A stretch of 64,000 nucleotides of DNA from an uncultured archaeon (GCA_963782915.1 CAWALK010000015.1:262792-326791), one strand, 5' to 3'. Positions 30,170 to 42,206 are shown, counted from the stretch's first letter. The notes: a model not told the origin generated them from the sequence alone. Translations and numbers: made by a program.

Positions 30170-32368
30170 ATGGTATCGAAAACACGTTCAACCCTTTTTG
30201 GTCTCTTTCTAATTTTTATCTGTATTAGCTCCGTTTTAATCGTTTCATTATCAGCAGAGTTGTCACAAGCCACAGCAACAGTCCTGTTCTCAGATGACTT
30301 TGAAACAGGAAACCTATCCAAATGGAACGACAGAAACGGTAACCCCACCGTTAGTACAACCTACAAATACAGCGGAAATTACGCATGCAGAGGACAATAC
30401 TCCTTTTCTGAACCGATCTATGTTTTTCCTTCCCCGGGTCAACCCGAAATATACATGCAGTACCAAGCATATTTCACATCTTTACCCGCTGCAAAAGAGG
30501 GTTCCTTTATTGAATCAGGCACAATCGCTGTTGGCAATCTGTTCACCTCACCAACCGCTGATGCAATAACAAATGCGGGAATAATCTACACCGGAGGAAG
30601 CTACAAATGGGTAATGTGGTACACATCGCCCACCAACAGTTCAGGCGGCGCTATATACATAAATTCTCCTACGCCAAGCGCAAACACATGGTTTAATTTA
30701 TCAATGTATGTCAAAATTGACTCCGCAAACGGCCTGGTTCGTTTTTCAGTAAATGACGTTGTTAAATCTTTAACGGATTTGAACACCGCATCACTTACCA
30801 ACACATACGGGAACCCTAACGTTGACAGAATCATAATCGGCAATGGCATGACCGTTAATTTCGCAGGCGAAGTATGGACCGACAATGTAGTTGTCACCAA
30901 TTCACTTTCAGAGGTGCCGCCAACACCTACACCAACCCCTAACCCTTCACCCACACCCACTGTTAATCCGACACCAACGCCCACGGTGACGCCTACTCCG
31001 ACGCCAAATCCGACAACCCCTGCCGTAGCAGCAAGCTGGTATGCATCAGACGGAACCCTATATGCGGGCGGTACAGACAAAGTTTACAAAAGCACTGACG
31101 GAGGCACCACTTGGTCAAACCCATTAGTGACAGTCGCAGGTTCAACAAGAATAGAATACATTTACGTAGCAGCCAACGGATACTTGTTTGTTTCCTCCAT
31201 TAACGGACAACTCCTAAGAAGCAGAGACAACGGAACATCATGGAGTACTGTGTATACTTTACCGTCAACGGAGGAAGTATTAAGAATAGACGAAGATACA
31301 TACGGTAAACTCTTTGGCTGTATCTACACTAACGACGCAGGTTCAGATGCAAGAATAATACGCAGCACCGATAACGGCACAACCTGGACAACAGTATACA
31401 ATAATCCTTCGGCACGGCACTTTCATGACTTAGCCGTCGATAGATACAATGGCAATGCGATTTATGCTTCATTCGGTGACGATTTTTCACCGTGGAATAC
31501 GCATGGAGTTATTAAATCAATTGACGGGGGCCAAACATGGACAAACATACTCCCTGACCTGCCCCAAATTGTCGGCGTTGGCGTAACACCCACAGCCAGA
31601 CTATTCGGAACTGACGATGGCAACTCACCTGCAGGCGTATGGAGAACCACCAATGACAATACCTGCTCTAGAGTTTTTACGGTTGGTTCAAGCAACTATG
31701 CCTCCATCGGCTGGATATTTCGAAGAAACCCCGTGACCGGAAATGTTTACGTTAGTATGCTCTCATGCGAAAAAACACCGCTGATTAGTGAGATCGCAAA
31801 AAGCACCAATGATGGAGCGGCATGGACTGTTGTTAGAAATATTCAAGCAACAATTTCTTATGATGGCGCGTCAATGGCAAGTAACTTCTATAATAATGTG
31901 GTTCAGTTCGGGTTAGTATATAGCGAAATTCCTTCTGGGCTGGTAACGATAACTGATACGGGTAATCCATTACCAACACCCACTCCAACTCCAACGGCTT
32001 CACCGACGCCCACTCCGACGCCCACGCCTCAACCGACTGCCACTCCGACACCAACACCTACGCCAACTGCAACTCCCACACCTACCCCAACACCCACACC
32101 TACGCCATCCCCAACATCAATCCCTCTAACCGCCGCAGTAGAAATTGAATCAAACGCAACCAAAGTCTCAGCCATACAACTAACCACTGCAGCAAGATTA
32201 ACAGTCACAATCACCAAAAACGGCGGAACAAACACCATACAGGCAACGATAAGTAAAACGACCCTTCCAAACATAAGCGCCTTAACATTCTACGTTAACA
32301 GTGTCAAAGCAACCTACACTTACACAAGCACTACTGAGTCATGGATAGTTACAGCAAATGTGAAGTGA
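30170..32368 (+). CDS. Secreted protein: laminin-G-like domain, BNR/Asp-box propeller, PT linkers
   Basis: Signal peptide, FSDDFETG, repeated SxDxGxTW, (TP)n. Confidence 0.8.
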   Translation: MVSKTRSTLFGLFLIFICISSVLIVSLSAELSQATATVLFSDDFETGNLSKWNDRNGNPTVSTTYKYSGNYACRGQYSFSEPIYVFPSPGQPEIYMQYQAYFTSLPAAKEGSFIESGTIAVGNLFTSPTADAITNAGIIYTGGSYKWVMWYTSPTNSSGGAIYINSPTPSANTWFNLSMYVKIDSANGLVRFSVNDVVKSLTDLNTASLTNTYGNPNVDRIIIGNGMTVNFAGEVWTDNVVVTNSLSEVPPTPTPTPNPSPTPTVNPTPTPTVTPTPTPNPTTPAVAASWYASDGTLYAGGTDKVYKSTDGGTTWSNPLVTVAGSTRIEYIYVAANGYLFVSSINGQLLRSRDNGTSWSTVYTLPSTEEVLRIDEDTYGKLFGCIYTNDAGSDARIIRSTDNGTTWTTVYNNPSARHFHDLAVDRYNGNAIYASFGDDFSPWNTHGVIKSIDGGQTWTNILPDLPQIVGVGVTPTARLFGTDDGNSPAGVWRTTNDNTCSRVFTVGSSNYASIGWIFRRNPVTGNVYVSMLSCEKTPLISEIAKSTNDGAAWTVVRNIQATISYDGASMASNFYNNVVQFGLVYSEIPSGLVTITDTGNPLPTPTPTPTASPTPTPTPTPQPTATPTPTPTPTATPTPTPTPTPTPSPTSIPLTAAVEIESNATKVSAIQLTTAARLTVTITKNGGTNTIQATISKTTLPNISALTFYVNSVKATYTYTSTTESWIVTANVK

Positions 32369-32501
32369 CGCAGTGAAGCAAAGCTTCAAGGCACCTGCAA
32401 AAATGGAGAATTACGTTAAAATGAGGTATCTGTTGCAGTAACCATACAACCACATAACCAAATATACATTTTTGCACTGCTATGATGTTTGGATGATTTT
32501 T

Positions 32502-33281
32502 ATGGCAAAGACTTCAAAAGTCATTAGTCTAACAATCCTAACATCACTGCTTCTATTGACTGCCCTAAGCATTACCGCTATCGGCGTAAATGCACAAACC
32601 AAAGCAACCGTCAATGTACTAGATTCAATAGGCGGAACCACTGACCCTGCCGCAGGAACCTATTCCTACAATGATGGAACCTCAGTAACTTTAACAGCCA
32701 GCACAACAGGAACGGGAGCAACAGTACCAGCTAGCTTTTCATATTGGGTTATTTCCACTAGCGATGGAAACACAAGAGTGGCTACCGATAATCCAATATC
32801 TTTCCCTGTTACCGGCGGCATAACTTATAATGTCCAAGCGGTCTTCACAGTCATTGTACCCATTCAAAGTCTGAACATATCTCAAGGCCTCGCCACAGCA
32901 GCTATCGTCGTAGTGTTACCTGCTGCAGGGGGAACAACAATTCCAGCTCCGGGAACATATGCACTTGCAAACGCTACATCCCTTCAATTAACAGCAATGC
33001 CTGACAATGGCTGGCAATTCTCACACTGGGTAATCTCAGGTTCAGACGTTACAACAGGACATGGATCCACACCGACTAACCTCGAGCCAACCGATAATCC
33101 ATACAACGTAAATCACGGATACGGCAACACTTACAACTATCAACCAGTATTTACTCAGAGTAGCTCAACCTCGCCTTCTCCAACAATTCCAGAATTATCA
33201 GCTGTCTTACTTATCGCTGTACTTGTAGCAATGATACCGATTGTGCTAGTAGCAAAACGAACTAGACGAACCAAAAGCTGA
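32502..33281 (+). CDS. Cell-surface protein with InlB-B-like repeats and a PEF-CTERM-like anchor
   Basis: GGTTxP.GTY, FSHW repeats; IPEL + TM + basic tail. Confidence 0.7.
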   Translation: MAKTSKVISLTILTSLLLLTALSITAIGVNAQTKATVNVLDSIGGTTDPAAGTYSYNDGTSVTLTASTTGTGATVPASFSYWVISTSDGNTRVATDNPISFPVTGGITYNVQAVFTVIVPIQSLNISQGLATAAIVVVLPAAGGTTIPAPGTYALANATSLQLTAMPDNGWQFSHWVISGSDVTTGHGSTPTNLEPTDNPYNVNHGYGNTYNYQPVFTQSSSTSPSPTIPELSAVLLIAVLVAMIPIVLVAKRTRRTKS

Positions 33282-33565
33282 GAAAACGACTAGATCAAGT
33301 TTAGCAGTAGTATTATCTATTTTTTTTATTTTTTTCCTTTTTAGTGTATTTCTAATGTACCTAACGTGCTTGTACATCTTGTATATCTGTCAAGAGAGCT
33401 ACCTCTGGATTGCTAAGGGGTATGGGATTGCACATTATCAATATTTAGGTTGATGCCAACTTCAAGGCGTAAAGAACCATTTTTATGTTGCATTGATGAA
33501 TATTTTTGTGGTTGTATTTGCGTAGGCACCAACCCTAAAATGTTAATGCAGATTCTGTTAAATCA

Positions 33566-33826
33566 GTGTATTCCGACTTTTTGGAGGTGAATTTTTTGGA
33601 AAATAAAGAACCTGCCCAAGAGGGCATGCTAAGCAACAACACCTACGACTTGTTGTCTCAATTAAAAGAGGAAAATCAGAGCCTTTGGCACATTAAAAAT
33701 AGCTACAAAAAAGATGCGGCTAATGATAAGGAAGTGATGGAGTTTTGGAATTATCTGGAAAAGGACAAGCAGGACCATATCAAGCGGTTAACGGAGCTTT
33801 TGGAGAAGCGAATTAGACCCCAGTAA
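33566..33826 (+). CDS. Small ferritin-like helical protein
   Basis: NNTYDLL..SLWHI..YKKDA..DKQDHIKRL. Confidence 0.6.
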   Translation: MYSDFLEVNFLENKEPAQEGMLSNNTYDLLSQLKEENQSLWHIKNSYKKDAANDKEVMEFWNYLEKDKQDHIKRLTELLEKRIRPQ

Positions 33827-34009
33827 TGGCTTGATTGCTGTTGTTTTCTATCTCGATTTATTATTTTTGACTATTAGGGCACTTGAGATAACTTGATTAT
33901 TGTAAAAATTTATAAGTGCTTAACAAGCCCTTTGAAAACATAACCAAAAATCTAGAAGCCCGGTTGCGCTTGTTTTGGCTAAACAAATAGGCCCTGACTG
34001 GTTGAACCA

Positions 34010-35233
34010 ATGAAAACCATCTACAAAATACTATTAATCGCCATACTATCAAGAGCAGTACTGTTCGCTGTCTCCACCATCAGCAACCAATCATTCGCAT
34101 ACGTTAACCCCAACTATATGGATGTAGCATCAGTCAACTCTTTTCCCTTTATAGGTCAGTTTAGCCGATGGGACTCAGATATCTACCTAAGAATCGCAAA
34201 CACCGGTTACCCCACAGGATACCCCGATATAGCGATGTTTTCCCAGTTTAAAGACAGCCAAGCCGTTCCAACGTTAGCCAGGGCGGAGTGGGCGTTTTTT
34301 CCTCTCTATCCAGCAACTATGAAAGCCGGGTCGCTGCTGTTTACGCCGATTCTTTCTACTGCTCATGCGCTGATGCTGTCAGGTTTTCTTATCAGCAACA
34401 TAGCATTCTTTGTAAGCATTTTTTTCCTCTATAAACTATCAGAGAAACTTTTCAAAAGTTCAAGAATAGCGATTGCTGCAACGGTTTTTTATGCCTTCTG
34501 TGGGGGTGCAATCTTTCTCTCTGCAGTATTTACAGAAGCCCTATTCATGGCATTCATGTTAGGCGCATTCTACTATCTTGAACAAAACAAGCTATCAGGC
34601 GCAGTAGCGTTGGGGTTGTTGGCTTCGTTGACTCGTAGCGACGGCTTTTTGGTAGCTATACCCTTCGCTGTTGCAGCGATCTTAAAATTTAGAGAAAACA
34701 AACAACAGTCATTTGCCCTTTTGGCGTCTTCGGTGGCTGTTTCGTCGGGTTATTTGTGGTTTAGTTTGGCGGGTTATTTTTTGGCTGGTGGCGTGTTTCC
34801 TATTCAGGTTGTTGCGCATAATTTGAATTGGCAGGTGTATCAGCCGATTACACAGCAGCTGTTGAGTTTAGGCAGCCAAGTTACCCCCGCCATTGAGACA
34901 CCCAATATTTTCCAGTTATTCTATGTTGTATCGATTGCTTTGATGTGTGTACCTATCGGGTACTTCCTGCTCAAGGCTAAATTTGTTTTTTCTGTTGAGA
35001 AAGAAACCGTAAAGTACTGGGCATTCTACGCAGCAATGATATTCGTCATATTCATGCTCTCTTATTTGCCCAGCACAGTCAGGTACGCTGTGGTGCTTCT
35101 GCCGATGTATTGGGTCGGCGCAAAAATTTATGAAGCAAACCCTAAAGCGGGAATAGCGCTTTTGCTTTTAACAATCAGCCAGTCAATAATCGGAGCTTAC
35201 CTGTTTGAGGTAAGCACACCCTATTTCCTGTAG
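34010..35233 (+). CDS. GT-C mannosyltransferase (PIG-V/Gpi18-like)
   Basis: RWDS..YLRIA..GY, AFFPLYP, FTEALF, TRSDG; multi-TM. Confidence 0.8.
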   Translation: MKTIYKILLIAILSRAVLFAVSTISNQSFAYVNPNYMDVASVNSFPFIGQFSRWDSDIYLRIANTGYPTGYPDIAMFSQFKDSQAVPTLARAEWAFFPLYPATMKAGSLLFTPILSTAHALMLSGFLISNIAFFVSIFFLYKLSEKLFKSSRIAIAATVFYAFCGGAIFLSAVFTEALFMAFMLGAFYYLEQNKLSGAVALGLLASLTRSDGFLVAIPFAVAAILKFRENKQQSFALLASSVAVSSGYLWFSLAGYFLAGGVFPIQVVAHNLNWQVYQPITQQLLSLGSQVTPAIETPNIFQLFYVVSIALMCVPIGYFLLKAKFVFSVEKETVKYWAFYAAMIFVIFMLSYLPSTVRYAVVLLPMYWVGAKIYEANPKAGIALLLLTISQSIIGAYLFEVSTPYFL

Positions 35234-35270
35234 GGTTTTCTCAAAATGAGGACCCAAAAAATGGGTGGAT

Positions 35271-35849
35271 TTATCTTTTTTCCGGCGGCGTTTCCCAGAG
35301 CTTCATTTTCTCTTTCTTTAGCTCAGTACGCTTCTTCTGCAAATAATTATACATCGTATGATGCTCGCAGCCGTCAATTATCATTTGTAGGGCGTTGCGT
35401 GCTGCATCTGCTTCTTCGAAGCTGCCGATTATTCCAATAGTGTGCCCGTAAATAACCACGTCGGCTTCTGTTAGTTCTTCGATGAGTTTTCTTGTTTTGC
35501 CTTCAGTGCCGATGATTCTGCCTTTTATGCGTTTCATATCAGAGTCTGAGCGGCCGAAAATCAAGCGAAGATCAATCATGTCGAATATGTCGTCTTCGTT
35601 GCGGATTAACCGGAAGGCTGTTTCAGGGGGGAAGCCTCTGCCGATGGCTGTTACTGTGTCTTTGGCTCTTAGCAGCAGCGATGGATCAGGGCAGTTCTCA
35701 TGGAGGATAACTGTGACGCTTCCTTCTTTGTCAATGTCCAATTTGACTTGAAGCTTATCTTCGATGTACTTTTTTGTTTTACCCTCTGGACCAACTAGTA
35801 TACCAACGCGCTCTTTTGGAATCTTTACAAACATGTCTGGACCTGGCAT
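35271..35849 (-). CDS. KH-domain ribosome biogenesis protein (Dim2/Pno1-like)
   Basis: Two GxxG KH motifs, AIGRGF; follows rio1. Confidence 0.92.
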   Translation of the reverse strand: MPGPDMFVKIPKERVGILVGPEGKTKKYIEDKLQVKLDIDKEGSVTVILHENCPDPSLLLRAKDTVTAIGRGFPPETAFRLIRNEDDIFDMIDLRLIFGRSDSDMKRIKGRIIGTEGKTRKLIEELTEADVVIYGHTIGIIGSFEEADAARNALQMIIDGCEHHTMYNYLQKKRTELKKEKMKLWETPPEKR

Positions 35850-36634
35850 TATTTACCAACAACCAACTTATACAATTCTTCGTCTGGAATAACATCTACG
35901 TTTTGGCGCCTAAAGAACCTATTCACGTTTGCTATGTCACGTTTTAACATGAAATCGGCAAGGGGATGCTGAATAGCAACGGATTGTGACACATCGAAAA
36001 CTACTGGTTTGCCCTTCCACATCATAATGTTGTATTCGCTTAAGTCGCCGTGGACAATTTTGGCTTTCTGATAAAGCCGCTTAAGATAAGTGACGATTAC
36101 TTTGTAAACTTTCTCAGAGTCCTCAGGAGGGTCCTCTTTTAATGTCGAAGCTCTAACGCCGCCCTTTCCAATGAACTCCATAACTACCACGTTACTTTTG
36201 ACTGCAATAGGTTTTGGCACACGTACCTTGGCTTCGTCGGCTTCTCTTAAATTGCGGAATTCTTTCTGTGCCCAAACACCAATCAATGAACGTGTATCAT
36301 GTTTAACGTCTTTGAAGCGGGGATCGCCTTCAATGTATTTGTGCATGCCACTTTTGAATTCGGCAGAAGAGGTTAGGTAGATTTTTACCGCTACATCACC
36401 GCCTTCTTTTGTGGTGCCCCAGTAAACCCGTGCTTCTTTACCTGCACTAATAACGCCGTTTAATTCATAGAATATACCACTGTTCATTAAGTCAAAAACA
36501 ACCATGCGAGTTGTATTATCAAAGACTTCTTCGACTGTGGCACGGTCTTTTGATTTGTCGTGGTCTAGCATTTTGTCTCTGCGTTCCACTGCTTTTTCGA
36601 GGTGGTCTAGGCGTTCACGAGCTTTATGCGACAT
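35849..36634 (-). CDS. rio1: RIO1 serine kinase
   Basis: SAGKEARV, AVKIY, HGDLSEYN, DVSQ. Confidence 0.95.
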   Translation of the reverse strand: MSHKARERLDHLEKAVERRDKMLDHDKSKDRATVEEVFDNTTRMVVFDLMNSGIFYELNGVISAGKEARVYWGTTKEGGDVAVKIYLTSSAEFKSGMHKYIEGDPRFKDVKHDTRSLIGVWAQKEFRNLREADEAKVRVPKPIAVKSNVVVMEFIGKGGVRASTLKEDPPEDSEKVYKVIVTYLKRLYQKAKIVHGDLSEYNIMMWKGKPVVFDVSQSVAIQHPLADFMLKRDIANVNRFFRRQNVDVIPDEELYKLVVGK

Positions 36635-36745
36635 AAGTATTCACAAAACAGTTAGTTACCGAGTATTTAAAGCACTCAAGCCAGAGATACCCTAACAAAT
36701 CAAAAAGACATTCGATTTTAATAAGGAAAATGGAAAAGGGTGGGA

Positions 36746-37051
36746 TTAGATGGTTAAGAGACCCTTGCGTCTCAAGTTTTCAGCCTGAGCATGCGTGTAA
36801 CGCCACACGACGTCGCCACGTTCGGTAGTCTGGAAATCCCATGGTGAAACAATGACTATGTCGCCTTCGCGTATCCATACACGGCGTTTCATTTTTCCGC
36901 GTATACGGCAGAGACGTTCAGCGCCGTCTTGGCATTTAACCATGATGCGGTCGAATCCAAGCAGCTTTGTAACTACGCCTAAGACTTCGCCCTGACCGGG
37001 ATAAGTCATTTCGCTGATTGAACCTTCGTTTAATACTTTTTTCTTTCCCAA
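36746..37051 (-). CDS. eif1a: Translation initiation factor aIF-1A
   Basis: RIRGKMKRRVWIREGD..PWDFQ. Confidence 0.97.
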   Translation of the reverse strand: MGKKKVLNEGSISEMTYPGQGEVLGVVTKLLGFDRIMVKCQDGAERLCRIRGKMKRRVWIREGDIVIVSPWDFQTTERGDVVWRYTHAQAENLRRKGLLTI

Positions 37052-37269
37052 ACAGTTAGCCTCAATGTGCAGATTTGAAAATAATGTTTTTTCTTACTTA
37101 AAAGCATATCAGCATGCAGAATAAGTATATCAGAAGAAAAGCTGCAACAAATCCATATTTTGATTGTGGGGCAAATGAAGCAGCGGTGTATGCGTTGGCA
37201 GAGGCTAAAAAATAGGCTAAAACCGCAGCTATCGTCCTGGTGGAACCAGTAGGGTTTTACTTTTGTATT

Positions 37270-37514
37270 GCCCTGATTGTTGTTGAAATAAGAGGGGTCC
37301 ACAGCAACAACTAAAATAGAAACAAACTAAACCAGTACAAGACAGCATCAACCAAACCCAAAACAGTTACACGCAAATCCAGCTCAGAACACAACAAACC
37401 CAAATCAACCCAAAATCCCGCCTAACAAACAACCAACCCACAAAGCTCCCACTCAGCAGTTGTCGAGCCTATAAATAAGGGAGGGGGTCTCTGTGCAGAG
37501 CAACAAACCCACGC
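37270..37514 (-). repeat. Family A modules plus GT-rich tract
   Basis: Minus strand TTTGTTGCTCTGC..ACCCCCTCCCTTATTTATAG and TAGTTGTTG..CAACAAC. Confidence 0.6.
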
Positions 37515-38906
37515 TTATTGTTCGTTTAGGAGGTTTTTGCGGCTGAAAATCTTGTCCAGCTCCTCCTTAGACAGCAAACCCTTCTCTAACGCGACTTCTT
37601 TTACCGTGCGGTTCTCAGCTTGGGCTTGTTTAGCGATCTTTGCAGCTTCCAAATAGCCAATTTTAGGTGCCAGAAGCGTTGCCATTGAGGGGTTCTTTTC
37701 GAGGTATTGTTCGCAGCGTTTCTCATCTACTGTTATGCCCTTGACGCATCGGTCTGTGAATGCTGGAATGAAGTTGCCAAGGATTTGGATGGAGAAGAGC
37801 ATGTTGTAGGCGATTGCCGGAGTCATCACGTTAAGTTCCAGTTGCCCAGCTTGTACTGCCATGGAAACTGCTGCATCGTTACCGACGACTTGGTAGGCGA
37901 TCATGTCGAGGCACTCCGCCATTACCGGATTAACTTTTCCAGGCATAATCGAGGAGCCAGGCTGCACTGGTGGCAGAGTGATTTCGTTTATGCCGGTTGT
38001 GGGTCCAGAAGCCAATAGCCTCAAGTCGTTGGCGATTCTGATTAGCTCGAGTGCTAATTCTTTGAGTCCGCTTGAAACCGTTTGTGCCCTTCTGTGACTT
38101 TGAAGTGCCTCAAAATTGTCGCCTGCAGGCTTTAGCGGGAAACCTGTCAACTTCGCCAACTCCGCCACTGCCAACTCCTTGTACTGCGGATGAGTGTTTG
38201 CGCCTGTACCCGTGGCTGTTCCGCCCAAAGCAACCAAATAGAGATTCTCTTGTCGCTTTCGCAACTCAGCAGTTGCATTGGCTATTGCTGAGCCGTAAGC
38301 GGAGAATTCTTGCCCAATCGTAACCGGTACAGCATCCTGTAAATGGGTTCTGCCAGACTTTAGCACGTGGGCGTTCTTTTTGCCAAGTTCCAAGAAAGCT
38401 TCTGCGAGGTCATCGAGCGTTTTTAGCAGCGGTTGGAGCGCCATCAAAACCGAAACATGCAAAGCCGTTGGGTAAGTGTCGTTGGTTGATTGTGCCATGT
38501 TTACATGGTCGTTTGGGCTCAGCGATTTGTAGTCGCCTTTCTGTTTGCCCAAAATCTCCAAAGCTCGGTTGGCTAAGACTTCGTTGGTGTTCATGTTAAA
38601 CGAGGTTCCTGCGCCAGCTTGGAAAACATCAATCACGAATTGATCTTGGAATTTACCCGCGAGTACTTCGTCGCAGGCTGCTATGATGGCTTCCCCGATT
38701 TTTTTATCCAGCCAACCCACCTGCATGTTGGCGGTTGCCGCAGCCTTCTTAATGAGCACATAAGCCTTGATGATTTGCGGCGAAGCCCTCAGACCGCTAA
38801 CTGGAAAATTCTCCACTGCACGATAAGTTTGAATACCAAAATAGGCATCTTTAGGAATCAGCTTTTCGCCTAACGGATCAATTTCTCTGCGTGTATCCAT
38901 ACCCAA
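37515..38906 (-). CDS. aspA: Aspartate ammonia-lyase / class II fumarase family
   Basis: GSSIMPGKVNP signature; GAGTS and QSTND favour AspA. Confidence 0.8.
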   Translation of the reverse strand: MGMDTRREIDPLGEKLIPKDAYFGIQTYRAVENFPVSGLRASPQIIKAYVLIKKAAATANMQVGWLDKKIGEAIIAACDEVLAGKFQDQFVIDVFQAGAGTSFNMNTNEVLANRALEILGKQKGDYKSLSPNDHVNMAQSTNDTYPTALHVSVLMALQPLLKTLDDLAEAFLELGKKNAHVLKSGRTHLQDAVPVTIGQEFSAYGSAIANATAELRKRQENLYLVALGGTATGTGANTHPQYKELAVAELAKLTGFPLKPAGDNFEALQSHRRAQTVSSGLKELALELIRIANDLRLLASGPTTGINEITLPPVQPGSSIMPGKVNPVMAECLDMIAYQVVGNDAAVSMAVQAGQLELNVMTPAIAYNMLFSIQILGNFIPAFTDRCVKGITVDEKRCEQYLEKNPSMATLLAPKIGYLEAAKIAKQAQAENRTVKEVALEKGLLSKEELDKIFSRKNLLNEQ

Positions 38907-38915
38907 CTCGCCATC

Positions 38916-39641
38916 TTACTGCTCTATTGGTTGCTGCTCAGATAAGATTTTCTTTTTTGTCCTAAGGATTGCTTCTGTGACTTTAATGTTCTTTGGGCAG
39001 ACGAGGGTGCATTTGTAGTAGCTTTTGCAGCTAAAGGCGCCGTGGGGTTTTTGCATAATCGCTAATCGTGCTGCCGCGTTGGCGGTTCGGCTGTCAAATA
39101 TGTAGCGTTGTTCACGCAGAACTGCTGCTGGACCGATGAATTCATGGTCTTCGTTGTTAAGGACTGGGCAGGCGCTGTAGCAGCAGCCGCAAAGGATGCA
39201 TTTTATGGCGTCGCTGTATTGGTTGCGTTGTTCAACGGTTTGGATGCGCTCTTTTACTGGGTCACCGTTGGTAATGGCTTCTGGTGTTTGGGGATTTATC
39301 GATTTTATCCGCATAAAAAACGGCTCTAAATCAACGATTAAATCCTTAACAACCTCAAAATACCGCAGCGGCTCAACCAGTATCTCCTTAGTATAATCGT
39401 AGTCTTTGACCAGTTTCTGGCAAGCCAACGCAGCCTGACCGTTAATCGTCAACCCATCTGAGCCGCAGATGCCATGAGCACAAGACATCCGAAAAGAAAG
39501 CGAACTGTCCTGTGTCCAGCGAATCCTGTTTAGGCAATCCAGCAACCGCTCATTGGATTCTGCTTCAACGGTGAAGGTGTCGTAGTGGGGTTCTTTGTCG
39601 GTTTGGGGGTTGAAGCGGTAAACTTTGAAGGTAACCAGCAT
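38916..39641 (-). CDS. sdhB: Succinate dehydrogenase/fumarate reductase Fe-S subunit
   Basis: SCAHGICGSD, CILCGCCYSACP, C..YKCTLVCP. Confidence 0.93.
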   Translation of the reverse strand: MLVTFKVYRFNPQTDKEPHYDTFTVEAESNERLLDCLNRIRWTQDSSLSFRMSCAHGICGSDGLTINGQAALACQKLVKDYDYTKEILVEPLRYFEVVKDLIVDLEPFFMRIKSINPQTPEAITNGDPVKERIQTVEQRNQYSDAIKCILCGCCYSACPVLNNEDHEFIGPAAVLREQRYIFDSRTANAAARLAIMQKPHGAFSCKSYYKCTLVCPKNIKVTEAILRTKKKILSEQQPIEQ

Positions 39642-39642
39642 G

Positions 39643-41376
39643 TTAGTACCTCCTTTTTTCAGGCGCAAACCGGGTAATCGAAACAGGCTTGTAGCTTGCC
39701 TCAAGCCCCAGAGCGGTTTCAGTTACAAACGTATGCTTTAGCCAGTCTTCGTCGTTGCGTTGGGGGTAGTCGCTTCGGAAATGTGCACCTCGGCTTTCTT
39801 TGCGTGCAAGAGCCGAGTAAACAATTACTTCTGCGACATGGAGCATATTGCTTAGTTCAAGTGCTTCCTGCAGTTCATAGTTGAAAATTGTGGATTTGTT
39901 GTGTTAAGCCCACGTTTAGGCATCTTTTTCGCAGTTGCCTAATCTCAGCCAACGCCGATTCAAGGCTGCCTGCTTCCCGGAAAACACTGACTTTCTCCGT
40001 CATCAACTGCTGCATCGTTTCCCGCAAAACCGAAACCTTTTCCGTTCCTTTAGACTCCAGCAAACTGCTGATTTTATCAGCCACAACGCTTTGCGCTTGC
40101 ATGTGGAAGCGCCACCAAACCCTTACCCTTAATATCCGCAAGAACGCTTTCGCCGGTTCTTTTGCCAAAAACAACCAAATCAATCAGCGAATTGCAGCCT
40201 AAACGGTTGGCGCCATGAACGCTAACACATGCGCATTCGCCCACTGCATACAACCCGGCAAAACCGAGCCAACAGTATCGGTTAAAACATGTCCTTGTGT
40301 GTCTGTTGGGATTCCGCCCATCATGTAATGGCAGGTCGGCGCAACAGGAACCGGCGCTTCAGCTGGGATCAATGCCCAAATAGGTTTTCACAAAAGAGGT
40401 GATTTCAGGCAGTTTCTGGTTTAGGCGCTCTTTGCCCAACTCTCGTGAGATCCAAGTGGACGTAGTCTTTCCCGTCGATACCTTTGCCTTCGGCGATTTC
40501 CTTTAGGATTGCACGTGATACGATGTCTCTTGGCGCCAAATCCTTCAAAGTCGGCGCATAACGCTCCATGAAACGCTCGCCTAAACCGTTGCGCAAAATT
40601 CCGCCTTCAGCCCTTGCAGCTTCACTGATTAAAATTCCCAAGCCCATAGATGCCTGTTGGGTGAAACTGCACAAACTCCATATCCTCCAGCGGCAACATG
40701 GCATCCAATGCCAATGCGAATCCGTCGCCGGTTGATGCGTAGCCGTTGCTTGTGGTTTTATAGATTTTTCCGCATCCCCCAGTAGCTAGCACGACGGCTT
40801 TTGCTTGGAAAACATGCGGAGTATGTGGTTGCGATGTCGTATCCGGCTGCGCCACAGCAAGTGTTCTGTGAGAAGAGTAGTTGCTGGATGAAGACTTCGT
40901 TGTGGAAGGCTACGTTTTTTTGTTGGCAGTGGTCGTAGAGGGTGTCCATGATTGCTCTGCCTGTTCTGTCGGAGACGTAGCATGCTCGTTTGATGGGGGC
41001 TTCACCGAAGTTTTTGGTGTGTCCGCCGAATCGGCGCTGCTCAATTTTGCCTTCGGCGTTTCGGCTGAATGGTACGCCCAGATGCTCCAGCGTATAGATT
41101 GCATCGGGGGCTTCTTTTGCTAAAATTTCGCATGCGTCTTGGTCAGCCAAAAAATCGCTGCCCTTCACGGTATCATAAAAGTGCCAATCCGCATTGTCCT
41201 CTTCCTCGTTGCCGAGGCTTGCGGCGATTCCGCCTTGTGCGGCTACGGAGTGCGAACGTGTAACATGCACTTTGCTGACTACGGCCACTCGACAGTTATC
41301 TTGTGCTGCAGTGAAGTGCAGTGTAGAGTCCGGCAATTCCTCCACCTATAACCACTACATCGTATTCATGAATCAA
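39643..41376 (-). CDS. sdhA: Succinate dehydrogenase/fumarate reductase flavoprotein (multiple apparent indels)
   Basis: [42 protein letters not shown]. Confidence 0.9.
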
Positions 41377-41397
41377 GGTTTAACCTCAAAAAACGGC

Positions 41398-42206
41398 TTA
41401 TATTTCGAATTTTTCGATTATGCGGTTTTCTTTTTCGCCTGTGATTTCGGCGATTACATGGAAAAACTGTTCCAAGCCTGACTTGACGATTCTGGGTTTT
41501 AGGAGCTCGTCGATTTGGAAAACGCCTGCTGAATTGGACATTTTAATTTTGATGGTGATGGGTTTAGGTGCGTCTTCGGTTAATTCAACATCTACTTTTT
41601 CTATTGACAGCGCTGAGACTGCGTGTATGTCGACTTTTCCTGCTTGAAAAGGGATGCGTGCTCTTCCTGCTTCCATATCTAAGGCGTCTGCGATTCCGAC
41701 GATTCCCGCTTCTTTGGTTAGGATTCTGTTTGTGGGTTCGTTGCTTGGGGGCTGCTCATGGGTAACTATGGCATGGAGGACTTCAGAGGTGATTATTGCT
41801 ATTTCTTCCTCCTTGTAAGTGGGTGTTAAGCAGATTCTGCAGGATGTCAAGGCGATGAATGCGCTGTATTTTTCATGGTCTCGCCGTTGAACAACCATGC
41901 CTAAATCATGCAAGTATTGAGCCTAAAACCACAACGACTTCTGCGTCGTCGTTCTCCATTTTATAGTTTTCAATTATGCTTGGAGTAATCAGTTTTTTGT
42001 CAGTAAGAATCCGCAGAAGCTTTAAAGCGATGTTCGCAACGATTTTCACGTGTGTTGGTCCATGGTCAGTGTAGCCCATGCGTTCAATAGCCATTACGTT
42101 TGAGCATTTCCAGTAAGTCTGCAGTTTTCTGTCTTCGTTGACTTTCTCCATTACCTGCTTGAGTTTAGCTGTTGCCTCGATAGGGTATGTTGAAGATGTA
42201 GGACAG
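41398..42206 (-). CDS. HD-domain phosphohydrolase (apparent indels, CTG start)
   Basis: DHGPTH, HDLG, ADALD. Confidence 0.85.

Noticed and set aside
30920-32115. ACNCCN tandem repeats (also 50640-51000) as a CRISPR array or VNTR
   Set aside because: They encode Pro-Thr linkers with synonymous variation; no repeat-spacer pattern and no cas genes
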